Positions 60,641 through 64,000 of a stretch of 64,000 bases of DNA are shown piece after piece. Position numbers and translations under genes: made by a program. The DNA is from Promethearchaeota archaeon (lineage in GTDB: Archaea; Asgardarchaeota; Lokiarchaeia; Sigyniarchaeales; SOKP01), in contig JBHLNF010000002.1 in assembly GCA_048937405.1 (NCBI GenBank), positions 416,001 through 480,000 on the forward strand, in the 5' to 3' direction. Within the stretch, counting starts at the first letter, position 1. The number at the start of each line of letters is the position of its first letter. The notes under the pieces were generated by a model. The model did no database searches. It was not told the DNA's origin and was given only the letters and a program-made list of their open reading frames with translations.

Positions 60641-62068
60641 TTATTTTAAAGCTTTTTTAACTATCTTGCTTAATTCATTTGCTAAAGTTTCCTCAATTGG
60701 TTTTATAGAGGGTTTTTCTAATATTTGAATAGAAAGGTTCTTTGCCCTTTTTCTAGCAGATTGAGAACCCTTTTCTTTCCATGTATCTCTTGTCATTCTA
60801 TCTATTATCGAACTTGGAAGAAATAATTCTTTTCTAAAATACTTTAGTGTTGATGGATGAGATAATAATTCTTGCTTTGATTCATAATCATTTAATATTT
60901 CTGAAGCAAATGGGGAACCGTAATTTTCAATTCCTTGTAATAACCTTTTAACCATTCCAACTATTTCATTATCAATAATTAATTTTTCAATACTTTGTGT
61001 AGATTCAAAATCAAGCATTCCAGGACCAGAAACCATATTTATACCTGCTAATCCTGCTAAAAGCGCACCCATTCCTGCTTCAAAACCTGCCTGCGCATCT
61101 GGTATTTTTGAATCACTAAGCGACATATACGCATGTGTAGGAAGTTTTAAGAATTTGCCTATTTCAGTATCACCAATATTAATCATCATTGTTTCTATCG
61201 CACCCATAGGAGTTGTACCGTGTTTCATATCAAAAACTGCTGGAGATCCTCCCCAAATTAATGGTGCACCACGTTTTGCTAATTGAACTATAACTACTCC
61301 AGCAAGACATTCAGCACAGTGTTGAGTTATTGATCCTATTAGTGTTATTGGGGCACTGGCGCCAGCTAAAGGCATAGATACAAATTCGGAAGGAATCATA
61401 CTTTTTGCAGCATCTATTAATGATTGAGTTGTGAGATCCGACCATTTTAAAGGTGGACTGGGACAAGCATCGAATATGGCTAGTGGTTTTTTTGCTAAAT
61501 CATCTTCAGATAATCTACATGTTAGAAGGATTTCTTTCATGATAGAGAAACTTTCTTTCCGAAAGGTTCCTGTTATTACAGGTTTATAACAATGAGATAA
61601 AGCAAGATATAATCTATGCCAGTCCTGAGCCTTTTTTGGAACATCTTGATAAATTAAAGCAGTACTCTGTGCTTCAATATATTCTAATTGATCAACTATT
61701 TTTGAAAACCTAATGAAATCTTTGGATTCCGCTTCTCTAATTTCTCCACTATCCTCATCCAGAATAAAAATTGCAGCAGATCCTGGATCAAAATGAGTAT
61801 TGTCATCTTTTAATGTAATATGGGCATTACCCTCTCGATCGAATAAAGTAATATCATGAGGAACTGTTTCTAAACATTTATCTATTAAATCAGAGGGAAT
61901 GAAATATCGTAATCCTTCATGACTGATACCATTTTGTTCAAATAAATTAATTGCTTCTTGATTTTCAATAAAAACTCCTTGATTTTCAAGAATAAATTTA
62001 GCTTCTTCAAAAATTTGTTCTTTATGTTCAATATCTAAAATTTTTATACTTGGTTTAATAATCGGCAA
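60641..62068 (-). CDS. MttB-superfamily (trimethylamine/quaternary amine) methyltransferase, non-pyrrolysine
   Basis: SPPLKW, PLAGASAPITLIG, GAIET, DSKIPDAQAGFE, GML; no in-frame TAG. Confidence 0.88.
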   Translation of the reverse strand: MPIIKPSIKILDIEHKEQIFEEAKFILENQGVFIENQEAINLFEQNGISHEGLRYFIPSDLIDKCLETVPHDITLFDREGNAHITLKDDNTHFDPGSAAIFILDEDSGEIREAESKDFIRFSKIVDQLEYIEAQSTALIYQDVPKKAQDWHRLYLALSHCYKPVITGTFRKESFSIMKEILLTCRLSEDDLAKKPLAIFDACPSPPLKWSDLTTQSLIDAAKSMIPSEFVSMPLAGASAPITLIGSITQHCAECLAGVVIVQLAKRGAPLIWGGSPAVFDMKHGTTPMGAIETMMINIGDTEIGKFLKLPTHAYMSLSDSKIPDAQAGFEAGMGALLAGLAGINMVSGPGMLDFESTQSIEKLIIDNEIVGMVKRLLQGIENYGSPFASEILNDYESKQELLSHPSTLKYFRKELFLPSSIIDRMTRDTWKEKGSQSARKRAKNLSIQILEKPSIKPIEETLANELSKIVKKALK

Positions 62069-62095
62069 GTAGTTAATCTCCTCCTTCGCAAAATT

Positions 62096-62980
62096 TTAAA
62101 GAGAGTCTATGATTTTTCGGATTGCATTTATCGTTTGCGGAGAAGTCCCACAACACCCCCCTACTACTTTTGCTCCTAATCTAATCATTTCTTTTATATC
62201 TTTAGCAAATTCATCAACAGGTTGTTCATAGTATGTTTTATCTCCTTTTATAACTGGTTGACCTGCATTAGGTTTTACTGAAAGTGGTTTATCCGTAATT
62301 TCAATTGCATTTTTTAATAAATCAATCATATCATCAGATCCCAGAGTGCAATTTGTTCCAATAACATCTACATCTTCATTATTTAGAGTTTCTATGCATT
62401 TTTCTAATGAATCCCCCATTATTGTGAAAAATCCTCTCTTGCTTCTACTATAAGTGATTGAAGCGATTAATGGTTTTTTAGAAACATCTCGAACTGCTTT
62501 AATGGCTATTATCATTTCTTTGAGGTCAGAAATTGTTTCAATATGCCACAGATCTACACCAGGTTCTAATAACTTCACTTGAGTCAAAAAACTAGAATAC
62601 CATTGTTCACTTGAAGCATTTCCTACTGGAGGTCTAAATTCACCAGTAGGACCGATATCACCTACAATTAAACATTCAGAAGGGCGAACTTTTTCGATAT
62701 TCTCTAACGCATTTTTAATAATCTCTTCAATTCGACTTTCAAGATTATGACGCTTTAAATTTAAAGGAGTCGATCCAAATGTGTTTGTTTGACACATATC
62801 TGAACCAGCATTATAATAATTTCCATGGATCTCAGAGATTATCTTTGGTTCTTCAATATTTAAGAGATCTGGTATTCTTCCTGATTTTAATCCTCTTTTT
62901 ATCAGTTCACTCCCAAATCCACCATCAAAAAGTACAATCTTAGAGTCGTCATTTAACCAATCATGAAACAACATTTTCAT
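62096..62980 (-). CDS. Homocysteine S-methyltransferase domain protein (MetH N-terminal-like)
   Basis: FDGG.G, TNTFG, GDIGPTG, GTNC, PNAG.P, GGCCGT.P. Confidence 0.92.
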   Translation of the reverse strand: MKMLFHDWLNDDSKIVLFDGGFGSELIKRGLKSGRIPDLLNIEEPKIISEIHGNYYNAGSDMCQTNTFGSTPLNLKRHNLESRIEEIIKNALENIEKVRPSECLIVGDIGPTGEFRPPVGNASSEQWYSSFLTQVKLLEPGVDLWHIETISDLKEMIIAIKAVRDVSKKPLIASITYSRSKRGFFTIMGDSLEKCIETLNNEDVDVIGTNCTLGSDDMIDLLKNAIEITDKPLSVKPNAGQPVIKGDKTYYEQPVDEFAKDIKEMIRLGAKVVGGCCGTSPQTINAIRKIIDSL

Positions 62981-63003
62981 CCTTTATATAACTATTATTA
63001 TTA

Positions 63004-63648
63004 TTATTTTTTTAAAAGAGATTTAACTAGTCTAACCGCTTCAATAGCGTTTTCAGCAAAACCATCAGCATAGCATTCTTTTACCCAAGCATTCGTTACT
63101 GGTGCACCACCAAAAATAACTTTAAATTTATTCGAAATATTCCTTTCTCTTAAAATTTCAATAATTTTCTTTTGACCAATCATAGTAGTTGTTAATAAAG
63201 CGGAAACACCAATGATATCTGCTTCTTTCTTAATAGCCTCCTCTACTATTTTTTCAGCTGGAACATCAGCTCCTAGATCGTAAACCTCAAATCCATAAGC
63301 TTTCAACATAGTACCAACGATAGTTTTTCCAATTGAATGTATATCCCCTTCAATCGTAGCTATCACTACTTTCCCGAGTGAGATTCTTTCTATTCCTTTT
63401 TCTAAATATGGTATTAGAAGATCCAGACTGCTTTGTAATATATGTGCTCCTCTCATTAATTCTGGTAAAAAAAAATCCCCTTCTTCCCATAGTTTTCCAA
63501 CTTTCCGAATTCCCGCAGCATATCCCCTCTCAATAACATCAAGTAAATTCATGTTTTCATTTATTGCTCTATTAGCTAATTCAAGAGCTTTTTCTTCATC
63601 TAAATCAACAATAGAATCAACAATTTCTTTGAAAAAATTATTAGACAA
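63004..63648 (-). CDS. Corrinoid (B12-binding) protein of a methyltransferase system
   Basis: Cap domain FLPEL; DIHSIGK; SALLTTT; GGAP. Confidence 0.92.
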   Translation of the reverse strand: MSNNFFKEIVDSIVDLDEEKALELANRAINENMNLLDVIERGYAAGIRKVGKLWEEGDFFLPELMRGAHILQSSLDLLIPYLEKGIERISLGKVVIATIEGDIHSIGKTIVGTMLKAYGFEVYDLGADVPAEKIVEEAIKKEADIIGVSALLTTTMIGQKKIIEILRERNISNKFKVIFGGAPVTNAWVKECYADGFAENAIEAVRLVKSLLKK

Positions 63649-63852
63649 TTAAATCTCCTCATATTTTTTTGATAATTAAATTAAATTTGAGATTAAAAAT
63701 TAAAATACTATTTAATTTGATACAAGAAATAAAAAAAGACCTTATTCTTAAGGCTTTATTTTTATTTATTTCATACAGGAAAAATCTTAGTCTAAGTCAA
63801 AGAAAAAAAGTTGATAGAATAAAAACATTAAAATTAGAATATTATGTAATCT

Positions 63853-63999
63853 TTAAATGATAGCGATTGCATCAATTTCAATTAGAATTCCACTTAATGG
63901 AAGATTTGAAACTTCTACAGTACTTCTTGCAGGAAATTTTTCAGTTACTCCATTTTCCTCAAAAAAAGTTTTATAAATTTCATTCATTGCTTTAAAATC
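63853..63999 (-). CDS. RidA/YjgF family protein, C-terminal part (5' end outside window; not in ORF track)
   Basis: DFKAMNEIYKTFF...FPARSTVEVSNLP..ILIEIDAIA*. Confidence 0.85.
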   Translation of the reverse strand, partial: DFKAMNEIYKTFFEENGVTEKFPARSTVEVSNLPLSGILIEIDAIAII

Positions 64000-64000
64000 A

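Noticed and set aside
60641-62068. Pyrrolysine-containing MttB
   Set aside because: The ORF is uninterrupted, with no in-frame TAG.
1597-63860. Numerous short ORFs in the track overlapping longer genes or lacking motifs (e.g. 1597-1872, 13505-13795, 32814-33116, 45189-45476, 57792-58289, 63669-63860)
   Set aside because: They are shadow frames of well-supported CDSs or low-complexity intergenic ORFs.

Overview
AT-rich archaeal chromosomal segment, most consistent with an Asgard archaeon (Lokiarchaeia-like). This assignment is inferred from many longin/small-GTPase proteins, Ftr, a Loki-CTERM-like sorting tail, frequent TTG starts and an intron-containing tRNA. No rRNA, CRISPR array or transposase was seen. 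Highlights: (1) an unannotated 55-aa Cys-containing peptide ORF (39871-40038, minus) lies directly upstream of a radical SAM/SPASM enzyme and downstream of a Hint-domain protein, and the block is bracketed by a 49-bp imperfect direct repeat; this is a candidate Asgard RiPP system. (2) A tandemly duplicated module of Rag-like GTPase plus longin-Arf-like GTPase abuts a PAS/GAF sensor whose N-terminal longin-like domain carries a folliculin/SMCR8-type 'ARG' motif; this is a candidate ligand-gated GAP circuit. (3) An ABC-2 exporter operon has one ATPase fused to a large extracellular prenyltransferase-type alpha/alpha toroid, a degenerate ATPase fused to RWD/UBC-like domains, and a longin-membrane protein. 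(4) A tRNA-His(GUG) has two non-canonical introns. (5) A 1470-aa toroid/coiled-coil/PCI-like protein is tail-anchored. (6) An ABC permease is fused to a CPBP protease. (7) A corrinoid protein, homocysteine methyltransferase and MttB-family gene form a cluster. All assignments come from visual motif recognition; no searches were run.
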